64,000 bases of DNA from Octopus sinensis (GCF_006345805.1 NC_043012.1:39184001-39248000); one strand, 5' to 3'; shown: positions 38,651 through 52,168, counted from the first letter of the stretch. The notes: a model not told the origin generated them from the letters alone. Numbers and translations: made by a program.

Positions 38651-40829
38651 GTGAAAAGATAAAAGAATTCCATCAGACTACAGGTTATCATCTTTTTTTT
38701 GCAGCTCTGTCAGTAGGGTTGCTTGCGTCTATGAATTCTACTTGCTGTACTTGTTGACAATAGAAACCGACAAAATACAAACTCGGTTATATTCCCCTCT
38801 CCGTCACAAGAAAGTTTTATCATCGACTAAAATCTCTTCATTGCTGTATTCTTGCATTTTACGAAATTGATTCTTTTCAATGCAGACCAGCATTAGTACT
38901 TTTCTTGAACGATCATGTGTATCTGTTTTATTCCAATACACTGCGTGACATTAGTTTATCGTCTGCTATGCCGCTTTATCTGTCATCTGCAGTATGATAC
39001 AAAGATTTAGCATCTCTCTTAGAGTCGCTTCACTTTAAATATTTCAAAATCTCTTTGGTTTTTTTTTCTTTGAAAAATATGAAAAAATATATTCTTCGTT
39101 GGTTATTGTAATTCTTTTAATATGTGGTTGTTCAGATGTTGAAATTATTTACAAAACAGTAGAACAACCATTGTTGCTATACATTAAAGATTCTGAAAAC
39201 GAAAAGAAAAGAGAAAAGAATTCGTTGAATTCTTCAAATCGAAGAGGAAATAAACAAATCTCAAAAACAGGAATACACATGTGCGTTTGTTTGTGTGTAT
39301 GTATTTACATGCAGACATACATATACATACATTTTTATGCATATAAACACAGATATATCTTATCAAGACATACAAAAGCTGCCATAATACACTTGTAGTT
39401 CGCTTTCATACCAATAAAATATTAATATATCTGCTTCTTCAATTCTCTATTAATCAAAAGATATTAAATATTTTTGCAGTGCCTCTAACCAGATTTAGTG
39501 TGCAGATAACTTTCTGAGCTCAACCGAAAAACTCTCTATCTTCGATATGACAAAAGCGAAAGCGAACATTGATATAATGTGCAGTGAGGTATGCAGTTAA
39601 CATTGTAGAGCCATAGAAGAAAGCATCAAGTCGCATTCTGTCTAGCTGCGGGGCTGTTCACTCATCAGGTTACACCTGCCATTTTCAGTTTTATTAGCAA
39701 ATATTATCGCCGATTACAATGTGTTCAGTCGTTTGTCTTAAAATAGCGAAAAACCGATCGAATGTTCCTTGTAAATGTTTTCCCATCATTTATGATATCT
39801 TAAGAAGAATTAATAATTTTGCGTTGTCTGCGTTTTTGAGCATATGTGTGTGTCTGTGCGTGCACGCGCGTGGTTGAGTGTGTGTGTGTGCGTGCGTGTG
39901 TGTGAATCTACTATCTACGTGTGCACTTATGTATGCATATATAGATATTTATGTGTGTGTGTGTGTTTTATGTCCGCATAAGAGTTGGTATATACATATA
40001 TATATATATACATGTATATTTATACGTATATATATATGTTTATATGTATATATACATATATGTGTATATATATATATATATATATTATGTATATATACAT
40101 ATATATATATACATAATATATATGTATACATGTATGTATGTACGTACCTATATATATACATATATATATATATATTACAATGTATTTATGCAGTTGGTGG
40201 AAAAACATTTACTGCTTCGTGACAACACAACAGAAAGAAGAAAGATGACAAAATATCAAAATGATAAGACAATACACTCCAATCGAACCGTTTTTATTGG
40301 TTTAAGTTTAAATTGTTAAATGTTACAGGTTTCCAATATGCTTTGACAAATGGCTTGATATGCATACTTATCGATAAACTGGATAAATAGTTTTAAAGTT
40401 GGTCAGCAGCGACTAACTGGATGAATTCTATATGTTGCTATGTCAAAATAAGTTCTGTCCATTCACTGCTCAGAACTATAAAAATATGTAATTTCACGTG
40501 TCCAACTCCCTTCCGGGATAGCATTATGTTTTACTGTCTATGCAGTAAGGAAGGTTTCGAGAGTCGATGTTTCTTGCTGAGATATAGTTTAGAATTTTTC
40601 AGCAAAGTACAGTGCTGACATATTTCTTGTTTATATTCAAGAATTTTATGTCTGGAACTCAATGACATTGGAGTTCCATGCCAAAGACTTGTCAAACACG
40701 AAGCTTAAACGTTTGAACAGGTTTGTTTCTTGTACGAAATTGTAGATCTCCGAAATCACTGGTGTGGCTTCTGTCTCTTTTTCTCTGTGTACATGTATAT
40801 AGAAATATATGTGTGTGCGTTTGTCTGTG

Positions 40830-40863
<34 letters not shown>

Positions 40864-41083
40864 CCTGTCTGTGTCTATATACACACATACCCATTCATAT
40901 AGACAGTGGAATTTATTTCTTTGTTTGGTTTCCCTGAAGCAATGTGTAATTCAATTTGTAAATTTGATAACATGTTGGCAGTAAGTTATTCCTTAATTAG
41001 TAATTACGCATACACACCCGACTCACATGCACACAGACACATACACGCACATTTATACATAGATATGTGTAGGTGTGTGCCAT

Positions 41084-41350
<267 letters not shown>

Positions 41351-42367
41351 GTTTCTTTATTAGCCACACGGGGATGTACACAGACGGGACAAATTACAAG
41401 GTAGAGCTTTTCTTTTGGGGGATAGAAAAGGTGTTTGTTTTTCGATCAAAAGGGATCGTAAAAGGAAAGAAAGAGGAAAACAAAAGCAAAAAAGTGGGGG
41501 GATAAAAGGAAAAAGAAAAAATCGATCAATATGGATTGTTATCACAGAAATGTCAATATAAAGTGTAAAGAGGAGGACAGGTGAGGCTTGCCCGTGGAAA
41601 GAAAAGCCTACGGAAAAGACCACGGTAACCTCGGCCAATGAAGTCACATGTTATTTTTTTTTACAAATAAGCAACTCTCTGTATCAATTTTTACGGTTCA
41701 TAGGATCATAGTCAAGGTGGCTTCGTCAATCATACGTGCCATCCTTGCTACATTCACCCATCTTTTTTTAAAACATTCACTAGACAAAACTTGCTTCTCT
41801 ACTCTCACTTTCCTCTTCAAGTGATACTTGAAGAAGTTGATGAGAGATTGACCAGAGAGGAAAGTGTTTGTCTCTAATCCTTTCAGGCGCGTCCACCAGA
41901 TACATTCTTTCGCCATAGCCACAAGTATGATAAAAATAGCTCTTCCTTCCCGTTTGAAGGAAGGAGGCGTGACGATATTAACGATAGACTCGGCTGATAA
42001 ACCGACACGTCCCACACGTGACAGCAGTCGTTCGACATAAGCCCACAGGTCGGAGATTGTTGGACACTGCACGATTGCGTACAGAACGGTTTCGTCGCTC
42101 TGCCCGCATCTCGGGCAGGTCGGCCCCGTGTTTCTTGAGCCATGCCTATAGAGCTTATCCCGAACGGGTAGCGCCTCTCGGTAGCACCGCCAGGCCAGGG
42201 ATCTCTGGAAGTTGTCCCGAAAGTCGTCTCAAACAGGCGGGTCAGGTATTCCTCGTCGACGCCCAGGTTCGCCACAAGATCGTTGTCGTACCTCCCCTCC
42301 ACTAATCCCCTATAGAATGCTTGGGTTGTGTTGAAGTCACTCAAGGTCGACCCGGGACGGCATAGTT
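41351..42367 (-). mobile_element. 5'-truncated L1/Tx1-like LINE, copy 1
   Basis: ORFs 41698..42072 and 41883..42344 encode frameshifted parts of a zf-RVT-type C-terminus; pyrimidine-rich 3' UTR ending AATAAAGAAAC. Confidence 0.85.
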
Positions 42368-42381
42368 AGATAGATAGATAT

Positions 42382-43775
42382 GTTTCTTTATTAGCCACAC
42401 AGGGCTGCACACAGATAGAACAAATTACATGGTAGAGCTTTTCTTTTGAAGGTTTAAAAAAAAAAAAAAAAAAAGGAAGGGGGAGTTTCGATCAAAAGGG
42501 ATCGTAAAAGGAGAGAAAGAGGACAAAAAAAAGGGGGGGTTAAAAAAAAAAAAAAGGGGGGGAGAGGAAAAAAAAGTTTACCAATAGGGATCGTTATCAC
42601 AGAAATGTCAATATGAAGTGTAAAGGGGAGGACAGGTGAGGTTTACCCGTGCAAAGAAAAGCCTACGGAAAAGACCACGGTAACCTCGGTCAATGAAGTC
42701 ACATTTTATATTTCTTTTTTTTTTTTTTTTTTTTGCAAATAAGCAACTCTCTGTTTTCGATTTCTGGGTTCATAGGACTATGCTCAAGGTGGCTTCGTCA
42801 TTCATACGTGCCATTCTTGCTACATTCACCCATCTTTTTTTAAAACATTCGCTAGACAAAACTTGCCTCTCTACTCTCACTTTCCTTTTCAAGTGGTACT
42901 TGAAGAGTTGATGAGAGATTGACCAGAGAGGAAAGTGTTTGTCTCCAATCCTTTCAGGCGCGTCCACCAGATACATTCTTCGCCATAGCCACAAGGATGA
43001 TGAAAATAGCTCTTCCTTCCGTTTGAAGGAAGGAGGCGTGACAATATTGACGATAGACTCAGCTGATAAACCGACTCGTCCCACACGTGACAGCAGTTGT
43101 TCGACATAAGCCCACAGGTCGGAAATTGTTGGACACTGAACGAGTGCGTGCAGAACGGTTTCGTCGCTCTGACCGCATCTCGGGCAGGTCGGCCCCGTGT
43201 TTCTCGAGCCGTGTCTGTAGAGCTTATCCCGAACGGGTAGCGCTTCTCGGTAGCACTGCCAGGCCAGGGATCTCTGGAAGTTGTCCATGGGCCTGGCCCG
43301 AAAGTCGTCCCGAACAGGCGGGTCAGGTACTCCTCATCGACGTCCAGGTTCGCCCCGAGCTCGTCGTCGTACCTCCCCTCCACTAAACCCCTATAGAATG
43401 CTTTGGTTGTGTGAAGTCACTTAAGGTCGACCCAGGACGGCAGAGTTGCTTGAGAGCAACGCGACACTCGCGGTGCCATTCGCCCTTCCTCGGCCTCTTT
43501 TTGATCCACGACTGCAGTTCGGTCATGGAGACGAGCTGCGGGAAAGCGTGCCTCACAAACGGCGACCACACCTGTTCACCGTCGTCTACATAGAGCCAGA
43601 GATGTCGCAGTCTCAGCGCGTGTCTGCGCATCATCAACCACGGCATGCCCAGCCCTCCTTTTAACGGGTGTTGACAGCAAATGGATCGCCTGACCATCGG
43701 GACGCATCCTTTCCACAAGAAGCGAAAGAGGATGCGTTGTAGTTTGGTGATGGTAGGGTCGGGACAAGGTACGAC

Positions 43776-43776
<1 letters not shown>
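42382..43776 (-). mobile_element. 5'-truncated L1/Tx1-like LINE, copy 2
   Basis: LFRFLWKG...CCQHPLKGGLGMP (L1/Tx1 GGLG motif); WQCYREALPVRDKL..CPRCGQSDETVLHALVQCP zinc finger; same 3' end as copy 1; (GATA)n on both flanks. Confidence 0.9.
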
Positions 43777-43854
<78 letters not shown>

Positions 43855-43864
43855 GTCGGATCGC

Positions 43865-44335
43865 TGTTCTAATTGCTAATAAGCCCACCCATTTTAATTT
43901 GTTGATTACACTTTTACCGTTTTGAAAAGCAGTACATGTTTTCAACGACTTTTCTAATGATAGGTAGTTGAGTTTAGCTCTATTCGTTAATGGTCGCTGA
44001 CGAGGACTGAGATGGTCTGCATCAAAATCTGAATGTGCCAACCATTGTGGACTTACCTCCCTTTCTCAATTGTTAAGAAAATGCATTTGCGGCTTTTGAG
44101 TTGTTTTGACTCTTATTTTTAGCAAAAGAGGTTCTTGTCAGTTCCCTCTTTCACTTTTGTGACCTCTATTAATTTTGCCTTGAGGTTCTGATTGCTAATA
44201 AGCCACCGTTTTTAGTTTGTTGTTTACACTCTGAAAATCAGCACAAGTTTTCAACGATTTTTCTTATAAGACTGACAAAAGTGATTGAGTTTAACCCTGG
44301 GCGTTAAAAGTCGCTGATGAGGATTAAGATGGTTT

Positions 44336-44337
<2 letters not shown>
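43865..44337 (+). repeat. Old diverged ~317-bp direct repeat with a decayed hammerhead motif
   Basis: CTAATTGCTAATAAGCC...TTTTCAACGA...GTCGCTGAYGAGGA present twice (cores at 43997 and 44314). Confidence 0.65.
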
Positions 44338-44401
<64 letters not shown>

Positions 44402-45150
44402 GTGTGTGTGCAAAGTGTGACGTAAAGGTTAATTTCAAGAGTTGAAGGGGTTTCATTCAGTTTCCATCACTTTTGTTTACTTAGTTGAAATGATTACCCG
44501 CTCATCGCCGCCTTATTTCCCACCATCTCTCGCATTCATAGCGTTTTTGCTGGACGCAAAACTATGGATGGCGATTTTGATCCCGACATGATTTGGGACT
44601 TGAAGTTAATAAATGCAGCAAAGAGTTTTGTCGATCGCACTAATGCTTCTACCAACACATCACTTTAATAGGATATAACATTTCCCGAGTGTTTTTACTC
44701 AACATGAAAAACTGAATTCATGGACATTCGTTCTGAGGAAACCAAAGTGAGAGAACTGACACAAGTGTATATAAAGATGTTTTAAACATAACGGAGTGAA
44801 CGTGATTGTTCATTTATGTCGACCCTTCGGTCCAATTTACTTCCTCGGTGAATACTAAATAATTGCTGCCGAATTCTCAGAACAAATTACTGATGTAGTA
44901 TTAGCTGGAGGAATATGTCACATTAGAGAGATGGAAACAGCGGATGGGTGTGAGTTTCAGCTGGTCAATAGAAGTGGGACGTCTACTGTATATATGTATG
45001 CGTATATTTGTGTGAACGTAGGTTTATTGTATATATGTATGTGTGTATGTATATACCTATATGTATATATCTAGCTACTATTATCCATCTATGTCTCTGA
45101 CTGTCTATCTATCTCTTTACCTATCCATCTGTGTGTGTATGCGTGATGCG

Positions 45151-45188
<38 letters not shown>

Positions 45189-45210
45189 ATGTTACATTAC
45201 TCGGTAGTCA

Positions 45211-45273
45211 AGATAAAACTCTGAGTTTCAGATGCCGAAGTGGAAATCCACAACACCATCTCTTCGGTTATCT
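45211..45273 (-). ncRNA. Variant hammerhead-like motif in PLE 3' region
   Basis: Reverse complement of the motif at 47561-47623. Confidence 0.55.
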
Positions 45274-45999
45274 GGCAATTTGAAAACGTTATGAAAAAAT
45301 ACCGTTAAAAATGAAGGAAATTACTCTGTTATAACTCTGCTTTGCCTGCGTACTTAACATCGCTCGCATTTTTCGTCATAAAAATTATATAAAAATACAT
45401 AAAAATATATAAAAATATATAAAAATATATAAAATCTTCTGGGACATAACACAGAAAGCATGTTCTATCCGTTTTCTTTAGGGGACCAAAAACGTAACAG
45501 AATTTAGTCACATGTGGGCATGATCCGAAAAGCTCTGTCCTTGTATTTAGACATGTGGTAGGGTCTAAGCTGCTTTTCCAGATAAGCCATCTCTCCATGT
45601 CGCATAAACCGCACCTTCCGCTGCCGTTAGTATAGGGCTTACATCTGGCCAAAATCTTCCATTGTATGTTATAATCGACACCTTTATCTCTAAAGACCAA
45701 ATAGATTGGATAATTGTGTCGCTTTTCTTTTGTTCCAGTGCCTAAAGCTCAAAGTGTGGTTATTGAACCTGGCCTTGAAATTACCCTCTGTCAGGCCCAC
45801 GTATTTCTTCGTCGAAACGGTGTCTTTAGTGGTTATAGAGTTTACGGTAGCTTCATATATGATGGTCTTGGACATGCAAGCTCCATTTAGCGGGCACAAT
45901 TCTTTATTCCTGCATGAACAGCTGTTTTCTTCTTGTGTTTTTTGTATGTTATGATTGATTATGTTTTTAAAATTGGTAGTTGAACTAAAACTAATTTTT

Positions 46000-46642
46000 A
46001 AATTGTGTCTATTAAAGAGTTTCCTATAAGCATGGTTAACTGGAAAATGTCTATCTATCAGTGCTAGGAAATTTTACCTATATTGAAGGCCACCTCGGGT
46101 GAGTAAGGGGGCGTAAACCAGATGACCTTCCTATTTCTATTATTCCTTTTCCTTATTGTTGGGCTGGTGATAGGTGTATTTTATTTTTTCGCTAAAACCA
46201 CTATCTTTTAAAGCTTTATTATAAACTGGGGCAACGCTATTGAAGATGTCCTCATTAGATGAGAGGCTAGAAATCCTCTTACTAATATTTTTAACTAAAT
46301 TTTTGAATACTATAGGGGGATGGCATGAACCTACATTAATATAACTTAGTCTATCATTGGGCTTCCTATAAGGCTTATAAATATTATTATTAAGATCTAA
46401 GGAACGTCTAAGAAATTGACAACCGTCAGGTTAGTGTCTATAGTTATACTAAGTCCGAAGTGTTTCATTAACTGGATAATATCCTTCCTAAAACGATCTT
46501 GTGCTGGTCCATTTGTATTAGCTGTTAAGGCGAGGGCATCATCTTTGTAGATGGCGAAATGTACGTTAGGGAATGTCTTACCGAAGGTATCTAGGAGAAA
46601 GAGTCCAATTAGATCACAGATGCCTGCCCCATCATATGAACC
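46000..46642 (-). pseudogene. PLE reverse transcriptase fragment (frameshifted)
   Basis: Manual translation: GSYDGAGICDLIGLFLLDTFGKTFPNVHFAIYKDDALAL...VVNFLDV...YKPYRKPNDRLSYINVGSCHPP. Confidence 0.85.
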
Positions 46643-46828
46643 AATTCGATATTGTTGATTTTTATGCCTCTATCTCTAAAGAACTGCTAGATAAAGCCCT
46701 AATCTTCGCTAGTGACTTCATAGAAATTAGTACCAATGATAAGGATATAATCTTCCATGCTAGAAAGACATTACTTTTCAGTGAGAATGCAAAGTGGGTA
46801 AAAAACACCGACACGGAGGGCGCTTTCG

Positions 46829-47340
46829 AAAAATTAGTTTTAGTTCAACTACCAATTTTAAAAACATAATCAATCATAACATACAAAAAACACAAGAAGA
46901 AAACAGCTGTTCATGCAGGAATAAAGAATTGTGCCCGCTAAATGGAGCTTGCATGTCCAAGACCATCATATATGAAGCTACCGTAAACTCTATAACCACT
47001 AAAGACACCGTTTCGACGAAGAAATACGTGGGCCTGACAGAGGGTAATTTCAAGGCCAGGTTCAATAACCACACTTTGAGCTTTAGGCACTGGAACAAAA
47101 GAAAAGCGACACAATTATCCAATCATATTTGGTCTTTAAGAGATAAAGGTGTCGATTATAACATACAATGGAAGATTTTGGCCAGATGTAAGCCCTATAC
47201 TAACGGCAGCGAAGGTGCGGTTTATGCGACATGGAGAGATGGCTTATCTGGAAAAGCAGCTTAGACCCTACCACATGTCTAAATACAAGGACAGAGCTTT
47301 TCGGATCATGCCCACATGTGACTAAATTTCTGTTACGTTT
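46829..47340 (+). pseudogene. PLE GIY-YIG endonuclease (frameshifted)
   Basis: CSCRNKELCPLNGAC..IIYEATV...YVGLTEGNFKARFNNHTLSFR...TQLSNHIW...WKIL...CGLCDMER...LNTRTELFGSCPH. Confidence 0.9.
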
Positions 47341-47560
47341 TTGGTCCCCTAAAGAAAACGGATAGAACATGCTTTCTGTGTTATGTCCCAAGAAGATTTT
47401 ATATATTTTTATATATTTTTATATATTTTTTATGTATTTTTATATAATTTTTATGACGAAAAATGCGAGCGATGTATAAGTACGCAGGCAAAGCAGAGTT
47501 ATAACAGAGTAATTTCCCTTCATTTTTAACGGTATTTTTTCATAACGTTTTCAAATAGCC

Positions 47561-47623
47561 AGATAACCGAAGAGATGGTGTTGTGGATTTCCACTTCGGC
47601 ATCTGAAACTCAGAGTTTTATCT
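47561..47623 (+). ncRNA. Variant hammerhead-like motif in PLE 3' region
   Basis: AGAUAA-CCGAAGA-GAUG...GUGG/CCAC...CAUC-U-GAAA-CUCAGAG-UU-UUAUCU: perfect stem I, U4C core, extra U before G12, quasi-palindromic stem III, GUU site. Confidence 0.6.
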
Positions 47624-47788
47624 TGACTACCGAGTAATGTAACATATTGTATAGATAAATTTCCTCTATTTACATAATATTGAGGTCTCTTTCTTTCTTT
47701 TGTTATCTTACCGTTTTATCAATAATATATATATATATATATATATGTGTTGTGTGTGTGTGTGTGTGTGTGGTGTGTGTGTGTGGTG

Positions 47789-47826
<38 letters not shown>

Positions 47827-47839
47827 CATGCATGTGTGA

Positions 47840-47868
<29 letters not shown>

Positions 47869-47870
<2 letters not shown>

Positions 47871-48730
47871 CAATAATATGTTACATTACTCGATAGTCAA
47901 GATAAAACTCTGAGTTTCAGATGCCGAAGTGGAAATCCACAATACCATCTCTTCGGTTATCTGGCTATTTGAAAACGCTATGAAAAAATACCGTTATATA
48001 AAGGGAAATTACTGTGTTATAACTCTGCTTGCCTGCGTACTTATACATCGCTCGCATTTTTCGTCATAAAAATTATATAAAAATACATAAAATACATAAA
48101 AATACAAAAGAAAAGCGACACAATTATCTAATCATATTTTGTCTTTAAGAGATAAAGGTGTCGATTATAACATACATTGGAAGATTTTGGCCAGATGTAA
48201 GCCCTATACCAACGGCAGCGGAAGGTGCGGTCTATGCGACATGGAGAGATGGCTTATCTGGAAAAGCAGCTTAGACCCTACTACATGTCTAAACACAAGG
48301 ACAAAACTTTTCGGTTCATGCCCACATGTGACTAAATTTCTGTAACGTTTTTGGTCCCCTAAAGAAAACAGATAGAACATGCTTTCTATGTTATGTCCCA
48401 AGAAGATTTTATATATTTTTATATATTTTTATATATTTTTTATGTATTTTTATATAATTGTTATGACGAAAAATGCGAGCGATGTATAAGTACGCAGGCA
48501 AGCAGAGTTATAACACAGTAATTTCCCTTTATATAACGGTATTTTTCATAGTGTTTTCAAATAGCCAGATAACCAAAGAGATGGTGTTGTGGATTTCCAC
48601 TTCGGCATCTGAAACTCAGAGTTTTATCTTGACTATCGAGTAGTGTAACATATTATTGTATAGATAAATTTCCTCTATTTACATAATATTGAGGTCTCTT
48701 TCTTTCTTTTATCTTACCGTTTTACCAATA
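47869..48730. mobile_element. Second, shorter copy of the same PLE: inverted 3' segment (47869-48092) plus 3' part (48104-48730)
   Basis: ORF 48139..48345 is the GIY-YIG C-terminus; hammerhead-like motifs at 47900-47962 (-) and 48567-48629 (+, core mutated to CCAAAGA); (TA)n on both flanks. Confidence 0.9.
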
Positions 48731-48797
48731 TATATATACATATATATAGAGAGAGAGATAGAGAGAGAGAGGGGGAGAGAGAGAGAGAGAGAGAGAG

Positions 48798-48872
<75 letters not shown>

Positions 48873-49525
48873 ATGCGTCACTATGACGAGAGCGGATAGA
48901 TGCTGGGAGAAAGTAAGTCGTGGGTTAAAGCATTAGCGTCAGAAGTGAGGCGACTAAAACGATAGGAGACCGGAGAGTTTTTAGTCGCGATAAAGAGAAC
49001 ATTATAGTAAAGACAATTACAAACATTCAATCTGAGATAATATTAATGTAAGAGTGAGTCACTATTAAGAATTTTATGTTGATTTAAACCAGACTTTAAT
49101 GTCTATATTTATTAATCTCTTATATCTATTATTACATCAAGTTAACTATATTTTTGTCAGAAATTATATAGCTGACCGGCTCTGCTCTTCGTTAAAGTCA
49201 CTTAATGTCCAAGTCTTCTTTCATTGTAAGTAGTAATGCTGCAGAAGTACACGTGCGCGCGAGTGCAGAGACACACACGTATTAGTACAATATTACGTTC
49301 CTACCTACTTTCCTTGAGACACTAACTCAAACAGAACGAATAACAGTGATTAGTAATGGTATTGATGGTAATCGTGAATGGAGAAAGACACAGAGAGAAA
49401 AACGGAGAGAGACACAGAGAGTAATATAGGGAGAGGAAAAGGGTGATAGAGGCAGGTAGAAGTTTTGGACTTCGTGAAGAGATGGAGAAAGAATATAGGA
49501 GTGAGAATTATATGTGTATTTGTGG

Positions 49526-49559
<34 letters not shown>

Positions 49560-49639
49560 GAGTGTGAGTGTGTGTGAGTGTGTGTGCATGAATAGGATAT
49601 TCTGAGAGGTGATAGCTTAACCAATGGCTGGAGTTAAAT

Positions 49640-49950
49640 AAACATGCATGAGAAAGAGGGTGAAGTGATACGGAGGTTTCAGTGTTTCATACTATTCCAC
49701 AGGGAATTGCCAATAAGAGAAGAGATTTTATATATTACCAAACTTTCCCCCAATTATTTATGTGGACGGTTCTCCAACGGTCCGTACAATATAAATATTT
49801 TGGCATCGTTTTTGGCAGAAGCACATTACTGGTTAATAGTTGGTCTTTACAACCATACGAGCCTCCTTTGCAGTCTTTCTGTTCACTGGGGAATATATCT
49901 CGTCATCCATGAGAAATGTATCTGCATATTTAGGATGAAGTAGTCAATTT
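49640..49950 (-). pseudogene. Highly decayed R4/Dong-like RT fragment
   Basis: Minus strand GAACAGAAAGACTGCAAAGGAGGCTCGTATGGTTGTAAAGACCAACTATTA translates to EQKDCKGGSYGCKDQLL, matching EQKGCRKGSYGCKDQLM in ORF 56995..57669. Confidence 0.65.
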
Positions 49951-50042
49951 AACTGCCAGGGATTTTCCTGGGATCTTACGTAATGTTATTTTACGAGTCG
50001 ATCGCCCATGAGATTCAGGGAAAGCATGCAGCCCAAAAGCTA

Positions 50043-50116
<74 letters not shown>

Positions 50117-50119
<3 letters not shown>

Positions 50120-50800
50120 ATGTTTAAATTTTGCTTTACATTTGCTGGCTCCAAGTATCAGCCAGAGACCTCAAGAGACAACAAGTTGGAAGTTCATGTG
50201 GTTGTTATGCCTAGTGTGCCATATATTTGGTTTTGTATTTAGTGCTGTACTAGTGAATGCTTAAAAAAAACATACGGTAATTATGTTTGTTTTAAAACTT
50301 GAGATTACATAGAAGGTATTTTGCGTAGGATATGAGCAGTTCCCATGAGCACTATCTTTTTAATTTCTGCCATTTTTGGGTTTCCTGGTATCTGAGTTAG
50401 GTAGCGATCAGCCCCTTTTGCTATCATTCCCAGGACACCTATGACAACAGGAATTGTTTTAGTCTTCAGGTCCTACATTTTGCTGATTTCTATTTCAAGA
50501 TCTTTATATTTGCTCAGTTTTTGGTAGGTCTTGACAGATACGTTTATATCGATTGGGACAGGCATATCAATGAGGAGGTATGTTCTTTGTCTGAAGTCTT
50601 TCAATATGATGTCTGGCCTATTTGCATCTATCTTCCTGTCAGTTTGAATGGTGTAGCTCCAGAGGAGGGAGATGTGATCATTTTCAAGCACTGGAGGTGG
50701 TTTGTGTTCCCACCAGTTTTTTCATGGGGCAAATCCAGGTTTTTGCAACTTACTCAGTAAATATATTGTGCAGCTCTATCATGCCTGTTGAGATACTCTG
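50117..50800 (-). mobile_element. 5'-truncated R4/Dong-like LINE, family D2
   Basis: ORF 50473..50691: LLWSYTIQTDRKIDANRPDIIL...LIDMPVP..KLSKYKDLEIEI; (ATT)n on both flanks. Confidence 0.88.
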
Positions 50801-50886
50801 TATTATTATTATTATTACTATTATTACTATTATTTTTATTTTTATTATTATTATTATTATTACTATTATTATTATTATTATTATTA

Positions 50887-50928
<42 letters not shown>

Positions 50929-50933
50929 CATTA

Positions 50934-50977
<44 letters not shown>

Positions 50978-51012
50978 TATTATTATCATTATTATTATTA
51001 TCATCACCATTA

Positions 51013-51057
<45 letters not shown>

Positions 51058-51114
51058 CATCATTATTATCATTATCATTATTATTGTATTATTATTATTA
51101 TCATTATTATTATA

Positions 51115-51160
<46 letters not shown>

Positions 51161-51165
<5 letters not shown>

Positions 51166-51772
51166 TAGTTTTATTTTAATAGCGTGCTTTCACTTCACTA
51201 CCGAGCGCAGCTCTGTGTGCCTTGGGTATGTGCTGTGATTTGTTGTGATGCTCTGATGGTTATTGTATGGAAAGTGTTCTGCGTAGGATGTGTGCAGTGC
51301 CTAGTAGTGCAATTTTCTGTATGTTATATGTGTTTGTAAGTCCTGGTGTTTTTGTTATGTATTTGTCTGAATATTTTTTTATCATGCCTAATGCACCTAC
51401 TATGATAGGAATTGTTTCTGTTTTCAGATTCCACATTCTAGTTACCTCTATTTCCAGGTCTTTGTATTTTGAGAGTTTCTCCATTTCTTTTAGAGACACG
51501 TTGTCATCAGCCGGTATTGATACATCAATTAGAAAGCATTTTTTTTCTTCATGGTCTCTGACAACTATATCTGGTCTGTTGGCCTTAATTTCTCTATCTG
51601 TGTGTATCGGCATATCCCAGAGTATGGTTGCTTTCTCGTTTTCTGTGACCTTTTCTGGTGTGTGCCTATACCATCTTTTTTCTGTTGTTATTCCATAATG
51701 TTGGCATAGCTTCCAATGTATGTAGGTTCCAACTCTGTCATGTCTGTGAATATATTCCTTCTTAGCCAGGAC

Positions 51773-51773
<1 letters not shown>
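51161..51773 (-). mobile_element. 5'-truncated R4/Dong-like LINE, family D1
   Basis: ORF 51260..51613 is an intact RLE domain (NRPDIVV...LIDVSIP...EKLSKYKDL); (ATT)n on both flanks. Confidence 0.92.
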
Positions 51774-51823
<50 letters not shown>

Positions 51824-52129
51824 TATTATTATTATTATTATCATCATTATTATCATTATCATTATTATTGTTATTATTATTATTATAATTATTATTATTA
51901 TTATCACCATCATAAAGCTACGGAGTGTACAGCAATAATATCAACAATACATTTAGTAAATAATACATTACGTGTAAACTGTAAATTTGCTCTGCAGTTT
52001 GATTTTGTGTTGGTAGGATTATCTATTCTCTATCTCACTATCTAGCTAGTTAACTAGCTATATATCTATATATCTATTTTTCTATCTATCTTTCGGTATA
52101 TAACCCTGTAGCTTTATAACCAAACATGT

Positions 52130-52168
<39 letters not shown>

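Larger units (their letters stand above)
45181..47722. mobile_element. Rearranged Penelope-like element (RT plus GIY-YIG) forming an ~820-bp inverted repeat
   Basis: Minus 46642 to 45181: GSYDGAGICDLIGLFLL...YKDD...SCHPP...GIY-YIG. Plus 46643-46828: FDIVDFYASISKELL...IIFHARKTLLF. Plus 46829-47722: second GIY-YIG and 3' end. Arms are 45181-45999 and 46829-47653. Confidence 0.9.
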
